A stretch of 41,769 bases of DNA from Acidobacteriota bacterium (GCA_027021395.1 JALUUK010000408.1:1-41769), one strand, 5' to 3'. Shown: positions 15,707 through 25,306, counted from the stretch's first letter. Translations and numbers: made by a program. The notes: generated by a model from the letters alone, not told the origin.

Positions 15707-17277
15707 AGGTTTTGTCCCAGCACGAATCCGTCGTAACTGTCTGCCCCGGTGCAGAGGAACCCGAACACATCTGTCTTGTTGGCCCCGGTACTCAGGTTGG
15801 GCACACTTCCACCCGGCCAGCGAATGCCGCTCCACCAGGTCACGGTTCGACCGCCGGTCGAGTCTTGCGTCACCCGGATCAAGAAACGCTGGCCGACAGA
15901 GACGTTGGTGACCGCGAGCGTCCGGTCGCCGCCCAGGGTGACCTGGTGGACGTCGGCGACGTCCATATCGAACGTGATTGTTGCCGCGTCCGCATCGGTT
16001 TGAATCGCGCCGGCTGTCGCCTTCGTATGGATCTTGTCCGTCCCGTCGTCGATCGTGACGGCGCTGCTCTGCAGCACCTTGCCGGTCGTGCCGTCGAACT
16101 TGGCGATGCCGTTGTCGGTGGAACTTGCCGGCCCGGAAACGTCACCGCTTCCTCCGCCGCCGCTCCAGCCGGCTTCTGCCTGTGTCTGGTTGATCCACGC
16201 GCCCGACGCGGCGTCCCAATGGAGACCTTCGTTGTCAGTCACTGCCGTAATCGTGACGTCCGGCACGTCGTCGAGCTGCGTGATCGACAATAACCGCCAG
16301 ACCGCGGCGCCGGCGGTCGCGTCGACGCACATGTAGACTTTGTCCGCAGCGGTGTCGATCCAGAGAGACCCGACAGAATAGCCGGCGTTGCTGTCGTCGC
16401 TGGCCGTCGGGGCGGTTGTGCGCGCGAACTCGCTCCGGACCTGTTGGGCTGCGCCGGCTTCGATCCGGATCAGCCCCGACCAGGCGGAAGCGTCCGAGCC
16501 CAGGCCGCCCCGAGCCAGGGGAAGGACGCCGCTGGTGAGGTCACTGGTATCGTGTGTGTGCGCCGCGGCGGCGAGCTGGGCTTCGGCGGCGGTTTGATTC
16601 GTCCAGACTCCCGAGGCGGCGTCCCAAGCGAGCACCTCGTTTTCCGTGACGTTGCTGATCTGGACGTCGGTGAGATTACCCAGAGTGCCGCTGCCGCCCC
16701 CGCCGCTGAGCTGGAAGAAAGACAGCGCATCCGTCCCGACAACATCCGAGCCGGCGTTGTTCGTGCAGACGAAGAGCTGGTCGGCATACGTCGCCCCCTC
16801 CTTGACGAGCACCAGGTGCCCGGCCACGGCGTCACCGGCCGCCATGTCGTCCGTGCGGATCCACGTGTTGGCACTGTCCGTGCCGATCTCGTACAGCCCA
16901 TTCTCCACGCCGTTGGTCTGGGCGCGGACCAGCACGCGATCACCGGCCTGGAGTGATACGCCGTCGATCGTCTGGACGCCAGCCAGCGTGACGTTGGCCG
17001 TGGTGGCCGCGCGAGCACCGGAGAGCCGGATCGCTTCCCCTCGGACGTATTCGGCACCGTGGAGGCCGTCGAGCAGGTCCGCGTTGAGGTTGGCGACCCG
17101 TGTGTTGCTGTCGACGACCAACGGCGCGACGCCTGGCGGCGCGTCGGCGTAGAAAGTTTCGGCGCGAATCTGGAACGGGCCAGCGTCCCAATCCGCAGTG
17201 AGCTGCACGGTTCCGTCGCGCAGCAGAGCGTTATCGGCTCCCCCTAACGACGGAACGACCAGGATTTCCTCCGCCAT
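15703..17277 (-). CDS. Tail fibre protein
   Basis: TIDGVSLQAGDRVLVRAQTNGVENGLY module; two WDAASGxWxNQT repeats; C-terminal ITQD-GGRTVTW...WPGG domain. Confidence 0.82.
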   Translation of the reverse strand: MAEEILVVPSLGGADNALLRDGTVQLTADWDAGPFQIRAETFYADAPPGVAPLVVDSNTRVANLNADLLDGLHGAEYVRGEAIRLSGARAATTANVTLAGVQTIDGVSLQAGDRVLVRAQTNGVENGLYEIGTDSANTWIRTDDMAAGDAVAGHLVLVKEGATYADQLFVCTNNAGSDVVGTDALSFFQLSGGGGSGTLGNLTDVQISNVTENEVLAWDAASGVWTNQTAAEAQLAAAAHTHDTSDLTSGVLPLARGGLGSDASAWSGLIRIEAGAAQQVRSEFARTTAPTASDDSNAGYSVGSLWIDTAADKVYMCVDATAGAAVWRLLSITQLDDVPDVTITAVTDNEGLHWDAASGAWINQTQAEAGWSGGGGSGDVSGPASSTDNGIAKFDGTTGKVLQSSAVTIDDGTDKIHTKATAGAIQTDADAATITFDMDVADVHQVTLGGDRTLAVTNVSVGQRFLIRVTQDSTGGRTVTWWSGIRWPGGSVPNLSTGANKTDVFGFLCTGADSYDGFVLGQNL

Positions 17278-17288
17278 CCGTTACCCTC

Positions 17289-17921
17289 CTATGCGGGATT
17301 GGTCCAAGTGAGCGTCGTCTGATTGCCCGCCACCGAGGCTGTCAGCCGCTTGCCTGCGCCGTCAATCCGCACGTCCTTCGGCTGGGTCAGCAGATCGACG
17401 GTCGCGGTGGCCGGCGAGCCCAGATTGCCGCTTGGCAGCTTGTCGTCCTGAGCGACCACGTCGACGTTGTATTGCCCGGAGGGGCCCATCGGCGGCGAAC
17501 GGAGGACGTAGGTGTCGTCGCCGAACACCAGCCGGCGATCCAGCACGTTGTTCGGGTCGACCGGCTGCCCGGGCGCGCCGCCGGCACGGAGCATCACGAG
17601 CTTGCCATCCGCCGGCCATCCGCTGACCGTGGCCCGGACTTCGATCCGGTTATACGGTCGCGGTGGCAATTGATTGCCGAAGTCGATCGCCCGGCTGGCC
17701 GGGTCGACGGCGAGGATCATGACGACTTGTGGCCAAGGACTCGGCTTCAGCGCCCCGACCAGTACGCGCCAACCCGGGGATTCGGCGACTGCGGTGAGCA
17801 CGCGCCCGATGTAGAGCTGGTGATACCAGCCGCTGTAGGTCGAAGTGAAATGGACGGCGATCTGTTGACCGCCGATCCAAGCCACGCGCGTGATCGTCAA
17901 TCCGCCGAGGTAGCCCGTCAC
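17289..17921 (-). CDS. Putative tail protein
   Basis: GTG start with GAGGAGG RBS; beta-rich; position in the tail operon. Confidence 0.6.
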   Translation of the reverse strand: MTGYLGGLTITRVAWIGGQQIAVHFTSTYSGWYHQLYIGRVLTAVAESPGWRVLVGALKPSPWPQVVMILAVDPASRAIDFGNQLPPRPYNRIEVRATVSGWPADGKLVMLRAGGAPGQPVDPNNVLDRRLVFGDDTYVLRSPPMGPSGQYNVDVVAQDDKLPSGNLGSPATATVDLLTQPKDVRIDGAGKRLTASVAGNQTTLTWTNPA

Positions 17922-17923
17922 CC

Positions 17924-18313
17924 TCAGTCCTCCTCGTCCCACCAGTCTGCGAAGCCGTCCGCATGCATCCGGACGTTCAAATCGATGAGGTCGCCTCGCT
18001 GATTGACGCCATAGAGGGTCGCCAACCAGCGGCCGTATTTGCCCTGCCGATCCTTTTCCGTGGTCACGTAGATCACCGGGCGGCCGCAAGCGTCGCGGGT
18101 CACAGCGTATTGCTCGATCAACTCTTCAAGATGCTCAGCAGCGGCCGTGCCGCGCGACTTTTGCTCGCCGCGTTTCTCCGGCGCGTCGATCCATTGCAGC
18201 CGCAGACGCAACCGCCGGAAGGAGTGAAACCCCTGATCCACGAGCACGTCCACCGTGTCGCCGTCAACGACTCGGAGCACCGAGGCGCGATAGTTGTAGA
18301 GCCGGACGGTCAC
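17924..18313 (-). CDS. Thermonuclease (SNase family), no signal peptide
   Basis: YRASVLRVVDGDTVDV, LRLQWIDAPE, GKYGRWLA. Confidence 0.88.
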   Translation of the reverse strand: MTVRLYNYRASVLRVVDGDTVDVLVDQGFHSFRRLRLRLQWIDAPEKRGEQKSRGTAAAEHLEELIEQYAVTRDACGRPVIYVTTEKDRQGKYGRWLATLYGVNQRGDLIDLNVRMHADGFADWWDEED

Positions 18314-18612
18314 TGCTGATCCTCCGAAACAAAATGCACGTGGACGCTGACCCGAGCGTCTTCGCGTCCATCGTTTGTGACGGTCCAGCCTCGCTGCGGG
18401 ACCGAACTCAGCCTCTGTGCGTTCAGCTCCAATGGTCGCGTGGCCGTCACTTGCCAATGCTTTTCACCGGCCTCCAGCGTCACTTCGGCGGTCGTCAGCA
18501 CAAGCAAATACTGCAGAGCGGACACCTCCTCGCCGAAATCCAGCGTTGAGCTTTCGCCTTTCGGCAGCTTGATGTCCACAACTTTGCTGCGAATCGGGAT
18601 GTATTCGGTCAT
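18310..18612 (-). CDS. Hypothetical protein
   Basis: AAGGA RBS; GTGA coupling to the nuclease gene. Confidence 0.6.
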   Translation of the reverse strand: MTEYIPIRSKVVDIKLPKGESSTLDFGEEVSALQYLLVLTTAEVTLEAGEKHWQVTATRPLELNAQRLSSVPQRGWTVTNDGREDARVSVHVHFVSEDQQ

Positions 18613-18630
18613 GGTTCTGTTCCTTCCCAG

Positions 18631-18822
18631 GTTGTGGTCGGGTCTCCCGACCCGATCACCATTGCGACCGGAGGTCTCCCTCCCGTTGTGATCAGGTCTC
18701 CTGACCCGATCACTACTGCGACCGCAGGTCTCCAGTGGGTTTTCTGGATGGGAGACCTTCGGTCCGTCGGGTGGGACGGTCTGGAGACCGCCCCACAACA
18801 GGGTGGGCAGTGCCCACCCTAC
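18631..18822. repeat. Composite palindromic element (three GGAGACC...CACAAC units plus GTAG REP)
   Basis: Two tandem units, one inverted unit, then GGGTGGGCAGTGCCCACCCTAC. Confidence 0.9.
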
Positions 18823-18832
18823 TGGAGGCGGA

Positions 18833-19231
18833 TCAGCCGGCTCGCTGCCGCCAGAGCAGGCGCAGCCGGCACCACCACCCGTGGACTCCACTGCCGTCGC
18901 GCTGTGGCTCCTGGAGTACCTCGAAGCCCAGAAACGTGGTCCGTGGATAATTGGCCGCGACACCCGCGACGGTCTGGGTCAACGTGCCGGTCAATTGGCC
19001 GGCTTGATTCGTCAGTGTGTTCAGGGCGGTACGCAGAGCATCCAAGTCGGCGTATCCGGAGAGCAGCAGCTCGGCCGTCAGGTCCCGCCCATGGATCGCG
19101 CCGACCAAATGATGTTCGCCTCGCACGGCGGGGTAAGTATGCACGACCAGGTCGACCTCCGCCGGCCGCGCCGGCCGGACCGGGCTGTCCAGTCCGTTTT
19201 CGTAGGTGTATCCGTCGTGCGATAGGGTCAT
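18833..19231 (-). CDS. Putative distal tail protein
   Basis: First gene after the tape measure; 132 aa. Confidence 0.55.
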   Translation of the reverse strand: MTLSHDGYTYENGLDSPVRPARPAEVDLVVHTYPAVRGEHHLVGAIHGRDLTAELLLSGYADLDALRTALNTLTNQAGQLTGTLTQTVAGVAANYPRTTFLGFEVLQEPQRDGSGVHGWWCRLRLLWRQRAG

Positions 19232-19256
19232 GGCCTGCTGTGCTTCCTTTGGGCAC

Positions 19257-19505
19257 CCGCCGGCGTGAGCCGGCGGCTGCGGCTTCTCATTGGTGGGCGG
19301 TGCCCACCCTACCCGCTACCCGCCGGCTCACGCCGGCGGTTCGCCCCGGTTGTGGTCGGGTCTCCCGACCCGATCACCATTGCGACCGCAGGTCTCCAGT
19401 GGGTTGTCTGGTTGGGAGACCTTCGGTCCATCGGGTGGGACGGTCTGGAGACCGCCCCACAACTTCGGTCCCTGGGGTGGGCCGGTCCGGAGACCGGCCC
19501 ACAAC
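19257..19505. repeat. Intergenic mosaic of three palindrome families
   Basis: CCGCCGGCGTGAGCCGGCGG copies at 19257-19276 and 19316-19344 (inverted); GTAG REP at 19292-19312; GGAGACC units at 19349-19505. Confidence 0.9.
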
Positions 19506-19521
19506 CGTGGCTGATGCCACG

Positions 19522-21054
19522 TTACTTGGCGGCGCCGCTCAGCATCGCCGCCGCCGGCCTTTTGGCACGTGTCGGTCCGCGTGTGTTGTTTTCCGTCTTG
19601 CGTGTGTTCTCGGCGATCTCCTGGAGCGCCTTCTGCTGAGCTTGAGCCTGTCGGCGCATCTCGGCCAACTCCTCATCACTGGGTATGTAGGCCTGCGAAG
19701 TGCGGGCTCGCATGCGGACGGCCTGCGAATACGCATTGTCGCCGAATCCGAACCACAGGGCCTGTTCCGGCGTTGCGCCAAACCCGCGCGCGAGTTTGTA
19801 GCCAGCCATCTTGATGTAATACTGGGCCGGGGCCATTCCGATCTCTTTGGCGACGTTTTTCATTTCCTGCTCGTAAACGTCCGCCAAGTCGTCTTGGGCT
19901 GCGGAGGCGAGCCGGCCGCGCCCGGCGGCTCGACGGGCGGCGGCCGTCCGGCCGCTAAAGGCCTCGCGCACATCTTTGTCGAATTCGCCCGCTTTTTGTT
20001 TGGCGATCATCTCTTCGAATATATCGCTCCCCTTAATCATCTTGCGTGAGGCAGCAACGGTCCGATCGCCGAACAGCGTGGCCAAAATCGCCGCGCGGTC
20101 TTTTTCTGGGGCCTGCTCGTAACCTGCTCGGAGGCGTTTCAGGACTTCGCCGATCGATTCACCAACCAGGTCGACGTCTTCCGGTCGCAGACCGAGCTGT
20201 TGCAGAGCCTTGACTTTGGCCTTTTCCTTGCCGGCGGTCTGCAGCCTAAGAATGAAATTCCGCAAGCCGGTCGTGGATTCCTCGGCGGGGAAGGATTGCC
20301 GCGCGAGGGCCAGCATCGCGAGCTGCTCCTCGATGGACAGAGCCCCCTCAAACGTGGCGGCCTGCTTGGCGAATTGCTGCAGGTCGGCGACTTGGATGTT
20401 GGTCGACTTGAACAAGGCCTGTACGCCGCGGCCGACGCGACGCAGATTCTGCGCGTTGAGCTCCAACCCTTGCGACGACATGTAAGAGGCGATGGCCTGC
20501 GCCATTTCGCGGGGCTCGACGTCTTTGCCCGTCAGCGTCGAAGCCCCCATCAGTTTCAAGAACTCGCGCAAGGATTCACCAGTGGCCTCCTCGACGGAGA
20601 AACCGCTCGACACCAACTGCCTGGCAGCGGCCTCTGCGCTCACGACGGGCGTTTCGCTGATGGGGAGCTGCAGAGCGATCTGCTCGATGCGTTTCTGCGC
20701 CTTTTCGGCCTCCAGTCCCCGCAGTCCGGCCTGGACGCGGAATTTGCGGAAGGCCTCATCCATCGTCTTACCTGCTTCGACAGCTTCGTGCTGCCATTCC
20801 TGGCTGGCCTGCATGACCAGATGCAGCGCTCCGACCACACCGCCTGCTCCGATCAGCCCTTCGACGAGTGAGCGGGCCGAGCTGAGTGCGCCGGCGAACA
20901 GGCCACGCGTGGCTTGCTGAGTGCGCAAACCAGCTTGCGCCGTGCGCTGCAGGGCCAGATTCGTGCGCAATATCTGCTGCTGCGTGCGCTGGAAGTCCCG
21001 CAGCACGTCGCTCATGTCGGAGGTGATGGTAAAAACGGCCTCGCCGGCAGGCAT
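19522..21054 (-). CDS. Tail tape measure protein
   Basis: Ala/Gln-rich helical; TGLRNFILRL...KALQQLGL...LFG pattern of TP901-type tape measures; follows the chaperone. Confidence 0.85.
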   Translation of the reverse strand: MPAGEAVFTITSDMSDVLRDFQRTQQQILRTNLALQRTAQAGLRTQQATRGLFAGALSSARSLVEGLIGAGGVVGALHLVMQASQEWQHEAVEAGKTMDEAFRKFRVQAGLRGLEAEKAQKRIEQIALQLPISETPVVSAEAAARQLVSSGFSVEEATGESLREFLKLMGASTLTGKDVEPREMAQAIASYMSSQGLELNAQNLRRVGRGVQALFKSTNIQVADLQQFAKQAATFEGALSIEEQLAMLALARQSFPAEESTTGLRNFILRLQTAGKEKAKVKALQQLGLRPEDVDLVGESIGEVLKRLRAGYEQAPEKDRAAILATLFGDRTVAASRKMIKGSDIFEEMIAKQKAGEFDKDVREAFSGRTAAARRAAGRGRLASAAQDDLADVYEQEMKNVAKEIGMAPAQYYIKMAGYKLARGFGATPEQALWFGFGDNAYSQAVRMRARTSQAYIPSDEELAEMRRQAQAQQKALQEIAENTRKTENNTRGPTRAKRPAAAMLSGAAK

Positions 21055-21133
21055 TCCTTTCGTCCTAAGAAATGAAGGTCAAACCAGGTCGGTGCGTGAT
21101 CGCCGAGAAGCCCCCGTGACCACGCCAGGAAAA

Positions 21134-21856
21134 TCAAGTACCGGGGGTGCTGGCTTCCCCCTTTTTTTCGAGCTCGTCCTCCACTTGTTGAATCTCGGGC
21201 TGCTGAATCGTCGCCAGAGCCACGAGCGGCGCCGTCTCACTGTTGAGCAGCCTGAGATGGCTGACGACTTCAGGCGTAAGCCGGTAGTTGAATCGCAGTG
21301 CTTGGACCAAGTAATCCCACCAATCTGCCCACGGCAGGTCGATTCGGCCTTCGCCCAGCACCAAGCGATACAACTCCTGGCTCTTCCGCCAGAAGGACCG
21401 GTAATCCTCTTGCAATTCTTCGCGGACCTGACCGGTTTCCGGGTCGATCCGGAAGTCCCGGGGCAGCATGGCGGCCGCCGCGACGACCCAGCGGTTGCCA
21501 TCCCCGAGCCGGACCCAATAGCCGGAATGCGCGACCTGCAGGCCCGGGAGGGCGGCGGGACGCTGCAAGTCGCGCGGTCCGGGCGGCGACTGGCGCCAAA
21601 CCCCGACCCAATATCGGCCTCGCTCACCCGTCCCCGGCTGGGGCGCAGCGGGAATCCATTCTTGTTCGTCGGGAACGAACCCAAACCTCGGCTGCTCACC
21701 TTTGGGCTGCCAAAACACCATCGCGCCGGGTCCCCCGGTCGGTCCCTCGGAACACTCCACCCACTGCGCACCCTCCACGTGGTCGGCGAGGCCGGCTTCG
21801 ACCAGTAGCTGCGGGTTTTGCCCCCGTTTGTCGGGCAGGAAGATTTGATAGTGCAT
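21134..21856 (-). CDS. Tail assembly chaperone (gpG-like) with -1 frameshift site
   Basis: Between tail tube and tape measure; in-frame A_AAA_AAG near the 3' end; AAGGAG RBS. Confidence 0.7.
   Translation of the reverse strand: MHYQIFLPDKRGQNPQLLVEAGLADHVEGAQWVECSEGPTGGPGAMVFWQPKGEQPRFGFVPDEQEWIPAAPQPGTGERGRYWVGVWRQSPPGPRDLQRPAALPGLQVAHSGYWVRLGDGNRWVVAAAAMLPRDFRIDPETGQVREELQEDYRSFWRKSQELYRLVLGEGRIDLPWADWWDYLVQALRFNYRLTPEVVSHLRLLNSETAPLVALATIQQPEIQQVEDELEKKGEASTPGT
21161..21167 (-). promoter_or_regulatory. Slippery heptamer A AAA AAG (programmed -1 frameshift)
   Basis: Reads GAA AAA AAG GGG; the -1 frame stays open to TGA at 21012-21014. Confidence 0.7.
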
Positions 21857-21871
21857 CGAGTCTCCTTTTTG

Positions 21872-21979
21872 CTGCCGGCTTACGCCGGCGGGGTCTCTGG
21901 TTGGGAGACCTTCGGGCCGTCGGGTGGGACGGTCCGGAGACCGCCCCACAACAGGCAGGGTGGGCGGTGCCCACCCTAC
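21872..21979. repeat. Composite palindromic element
   Basis: CTGCCGGCTTACGCCGGCGG, one GGAGACC unit (21904-21952) and a GTAG REP containing the tail-tube stop codon. Confidence 0.9.
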
Positions 21980-22860
21980 GTGATGGCGACGCCGCTAGCG
22001 GCTGTTAACGTCTTGCCTTCGATCTGCAGCGACAAGGTCGCGGTGTCCCCTTCGTCGCCAGCCGCCGCGTCGATCAGTGTCAGTCCGGCGCCGAAGCTGA
22101 ACTTGCAGTGGCTCAAATTACCGTCCGCCTCGTACGTTCCCCCGTCCGCGCGCTTCCGGAAATACACCTCCAACGAAGTCAGGGCGGCTGCGATCTCGTG
22201 CAGGGAATCGAGCAACGTCAAATCGCGCGTCGTGATCGTGATCCGTGGTCGGAAAGGCGTTTCCAGGCTGGCAAAATCGGGATAAGGTCCGCCGCCACTG
22301 CGGGTCAAATTCAAACGCAGTCCGGTGTCAATATTCACGTCGGCCACTTCCCCGATCGTCGTGCCGTTGATTTTGACGGGACCGAGACCGAAGGCGCCGG
22401 CGAAGGACGACGCTGCCAGGGATTGATTCACATTCGCAGCCACCGGTGAGGTCAGCCCATCGCTGGAGAACAGGGCCAAATCGATGGACGCCTCCGCGTT
22501 GTCTGTCCCGCGAGCGCGGAAGCTACTGGCGATCGCCAGCCCATTGGTCGCTGTCAGGGTCAAGTGCGCTGTGCCGCTGGCCCAGGTCCCGCCGGGCTGG
22601 CGCTTGATCCAGGGGATCGTGATCGAACCGGCCGAGATGTAGAGTCCCGACGAGACGGGGATCCCGCTGATGACGCCAGCGATGTCCTCGGTATCGATCG
22701 TCACGCGTGGTTCGGCCCGCACCAGAGCTACCAGACTGTCGGCCGTGTCGCCGGGTGCGGCCGCCCGCAGTTCCTGGGCCGATGGGTTGTACCGAGTCCG
22801 CGTGATCTGGCGGATAGTGACCGATCCAATCGTCGGGTCGTAGATGCTAAATTGAGTCAT
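21976..22860 (-). CDS. Putative major tail (tube) protein
   Basis: Size, Thr/Ser/Gly-rich beta composition, position, AAGGAG RBS. Confidence 0.65.
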   Translation of the reverse strand: MTQFSIYDPTIGSVTIRQITRTRYNPSAQELRAAAPGDTADSLVALVRAEPRVTIDTEDIAGVISGIPVSSGLYISAGSITIPWIKRQPGGTWASGTAHLTLTATNGLAIASSFRARGTDNAEASIDLALFSSDGLTSPVAANVNQSLAASSFAGAFGLGPVKINGTTIGEVADVNIDTGLRLNLTRSGGGPYPDFASLETPFRPRITITTRDLTLLDSLHEIAAALTSLEVYFRKRADGGTYEADGNLSHCKFSFGAGLTLIDAAAGDEGDTATLSLQIEGKTLTAASGVAIT

Positions 22861-22871
22861 GGCTGGCTCCT

Positions 22872-23342
22872 TTACAGTCGCGCCACGGTCTGGCTCCGCC
22901 GGCGTTTCTGATTCGCCGGGTTATTGATCTCTCGAACGACGTAATCCCGCCGGAATTCGGCCAAGGCGAGGACTTCATCGCGTGTGATTGCGGTCAATTC
23001 TCGTTTGCGATCCGCGTTCAAGGGGAAATAGGCTCGCAACCGCAGTCGGCCCCGCTTGGGCGTCGCTGTCACGGTCCGATGGGCCGCGTCGAGAATATGG
23101 GTGCGCAGCCGGCCGGTGCGATAGAGCGGACGCCATTGCGGATAGCGTTTTTTGACCTGGCGAACGTACTTGCTGCTGCGGCGGAGGTACCCGTAGCGAG
23201 TGGCCGCGCCGCGGGCAAAATGCCGCGGCAGGTGGCGCTGCGCGTGCTGGTCGAGAGTCGCTCGCATCGAGTCGCGGGCGATGCGGTTCAGCGTCCGCTG
23301 CGACACCAGGCTGGTTTCGACTTTGATCGCGATCTGTGGCAT
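22872..23342 (-). CDS. Putative neck/tail-completion protein
   Basis: Basic; PLYRTGRLR resembles the LxxTGxLR motif of virion morphogenesis proteins. Confidence 0.6.
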   Translation of the reverse strand: MPQIAIKVETSLVSQRTLNRIARDSMRATLDQHAQRHLPRHFARGAATRYGYLRRSSKYVRQVKKRYPQWRPLYRTGRLRTHILDAAHRTVTATPKRGRLRLRAYFPLNADRKRELTAITRDEVLALAEFRRDYVVREINNPANQKRRRSQTVARL

Positions 23343-23355
23343 GGCGTGCGGCTCG

Positions 23356-23844
23356 TTACGGCGTCAGTACGAGGCCCGTGGTGTAGATTTCCATTTCTCC
23401 GGCCACATATTCGATGTTCGTGTCGCTGATCAGAACGTCTTCATTGGCGGTGAACTCGATGTCGGTGATCTCCAGGACTCCCGGCGTCCGGGCCATGACC
23501 AGACTGAGGATGTCGGCGATAATTTGCCCGGCCTGGTTCTGGAATCCGAGGATTTTTTCGTGGTCGCTGGCTGCCTGGTTGTCGGGCAGGAATTCCAGCA
23601 AGGCGGCCAGGCCCCCATTGGATTGGAAACTGTTGCCGTCGCGCGTCCAGCGGTAACTGCGTCCGAAGCCGAGCAGGATGCGAGGGAAGTCGCTGCCGCT
23701 GCTGGCGAGCAGCACGCGGGCCTTGGCGCTGGCCTCGTTCGGATTCTGTGCGTCGACAATCTGTTGCCAGGTGCTCGATTTGGCGAACGTGTCGCGCAAG
23801 TGATCGAAGATCGTGCTCAAGGGGCCGGTGGGTGTCACAGGCAT
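23356..23844 (-). CDS. Putative tail terminator/neck protein
   Basis: Position, acidic composition, AGGAG RBS. Confidence 0.5.
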   Translation of the reverse strand: MPVTPTGPLSTIFDHLRDTFAKSSTWQQIVDAQNPNEASAKARVLLASSGSDFPRILLGFGRSYRWTRDGNSFQSNGGLAALLEFLPDNQAASDHEKILGFQNQAGQIIADILSLVMARTPGVLEITDIEFTANEDVLISDTNIEYVAGEMEIYTTGLVLTP

Positions 23845-23853
23845 TGCGATCTC

Positions 23854-24201
23854 CTAGGGTCGGCGCGGCCGTCGCATGATCTCGCCTCGCATGATGAGCT
23901 TGACGCGTCTCCAGCGGCCATCCAGTTCGCCGATCGCCTCGACTTGCCAGACCTCGCCGGCGATCACCCACGTGTCCCGGAGTCCCACGGTTTGGGTCGC
24001 CGGAATCCACAAGTTGCCTCGGCGGACGTTGTCTCGGCCGTGGGTCGTATCCAGTCGGGGCTCGCCCTCGGCCCAGAGACAGCCAGCGACGGATTCGGCC
24101 TGCTGTGCGTTGCCATTCGGCCGGCGGGTGACCGTTCCGCCGAGGTACTCGGCGATCAGGTCCGAAGCGCCGGAGAAGAATTGGTCGTGCCGACTGCTCA
24201 T
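23854..24201 (-). CDS. Putative head-tail joining (FII-like) protein
   Basis: Follows the capsid gene; DTWVIAGEVWQV beta motif. Confidence 0.6.
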   Translation of the reverse strand: MSSRHDQFFSGASDLIAEYLGGTVTRRPNGNAQQAESVAGCLWAEGEPRLDTTHGRDNVRRGNLWIPATQTVGLRDTWVIAGEVWQVEAIGELDGRWRRVKLIMRGEIMRRPRRP

Positions 24202-24280
24202 GGCCTGCTGATGCGGCCTGCCGGCAGCATCCCGCCGCCGGCAGGCCATCCGAACGGGAAAAACGGAGGCAGATCGATGG

Positions 24281-25249
24281 TCACGTGATGTTCGACAGCA
24301 GATACCCGGCTTCGACGTAGAGCAGCTTCTCGTCTACGTCGTGGCGCACGCGGATCACGTCGCTCCGGATCGACTCCTCCCGGTACGACTCGATCACGCC
24401 ATTGGGCGAGCTACCGTCGCCAGCCCAATGGAAGGTGCGGCCCAAGCAGGGCTCCCGGAAGTCGTTCGTCCGGGCCACGCGGCAGACCAGGGCGTAACTA
24501 TCGGACCAGATCGAGGCCAGTGACGCACTCTGCCCTTCGTTGGCCGTGTTCTTGACGGCGTTCGCGACGATGATTTCGTCCAGGTCGAACGCCTGAGCCA
24601 GAGCCGCCTCCGTGATGGCACCAGCCCGTACGTCGACGAAACCTTGGTACTTCACGCGGTCGATGATCTGCGCGCAGTTGCGCAGGTGCCGAAACACCTT
24701 GCGGCTGATGACCAGGGCGTTGGGCCAGAGGCCCGAGTTGGACCAGACGGCGTTGACGGCGGTCTCGACGTCGTCCAGCGGCGTCGCGCTGGCGTGGGTG
24801 GACCACTTGGTGCCGACCGCGCTGGTCTTTCCGCTGAAGGTGCTGGTGCTGAACAGCAGGCTGGCGACCCGTTGCTCGGCGTTGCGCATCACCACGTCGA
24901 AGGCCCGGCGGGCCGCGATCAGCTCAGCGTCGAAATAGTTCGCATACATCGCGGCCTCGCGGTCGTCGACCGGTTCTTCGGCTCCGTACTCCTGACAGGC
25001 GAAGCTGTCGGTGGTGAACTTCCACTGACCGCGGCTATAGCCGGCCCCGGGGGCGCGCCGCACCTCGCGGTTCTGCAGCAACTGCTCAATCGGGATTTTG
25101 CCGAACACTCCGCTCTGGCTGGCGACTTCGACGACGGGGAAGACCCGGCTCGCGATGTAGCCGGCCCGCTGCATCTCCAGATCGAATTCTTCGAACGACT
25201 CGCTCAGATCAGGTCGGAGCGTTGCGAGAGACGAGGAAGGACTTGGCAT
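24281..25249 (-). CDS. Major capsid protein
   Basis: 322 aa after the decoration gene; YIASRVFPVVEV, RAPG, PNALVIS; AAGGAG RBS. Confidence 0.88.
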   Translation of the reverse strand: MPSPSSSLATLRPDLSESFEEFDLEMQRAGYIASRVFPVVEVASQSGVFGKIPIEQLLQNREVRRAPGAGYSRGQWKFTTDSFACQEYGAEEPVDDREAAMYANYFDAELIAARRAFDVVMRNAEQRVASLLFSTSTFSGKTSAVGTKWSTHASATPLDDVETAVNAVWSNSGLWPNALVISRKVFRHLRNCAQIIDRVKYQGFVDVRAGAITEAALAQAFDLDEIIVANAVKNTANEGQSASLASIWSDSYALVCRVARTNDFREPCLGRTFHWAGDGSSPNGVIESYREESIRSDVIRVRHDVDEKLLYVEAGYLLSNIT

Positions 25250-25306
25250 CAGTGATTCTCCTTTTTGAAACCTCAGCGATTACGCGTCGGATCGACCAAC
25301 CAGGGA

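Noticed and set aside
5759-17277. Diversity-generating retroelement acting on tail genes
   Set aside because: No reverse transcriptase ORF and no adenine-specific TR/VR pair seen; tail-fibre repeats are ordinary protein repeats
12114-21979. Dispersed repeats as a CRISPR array
   Set aside because: Copies are scattered, in mixed orientation, and lack regular unique spacers
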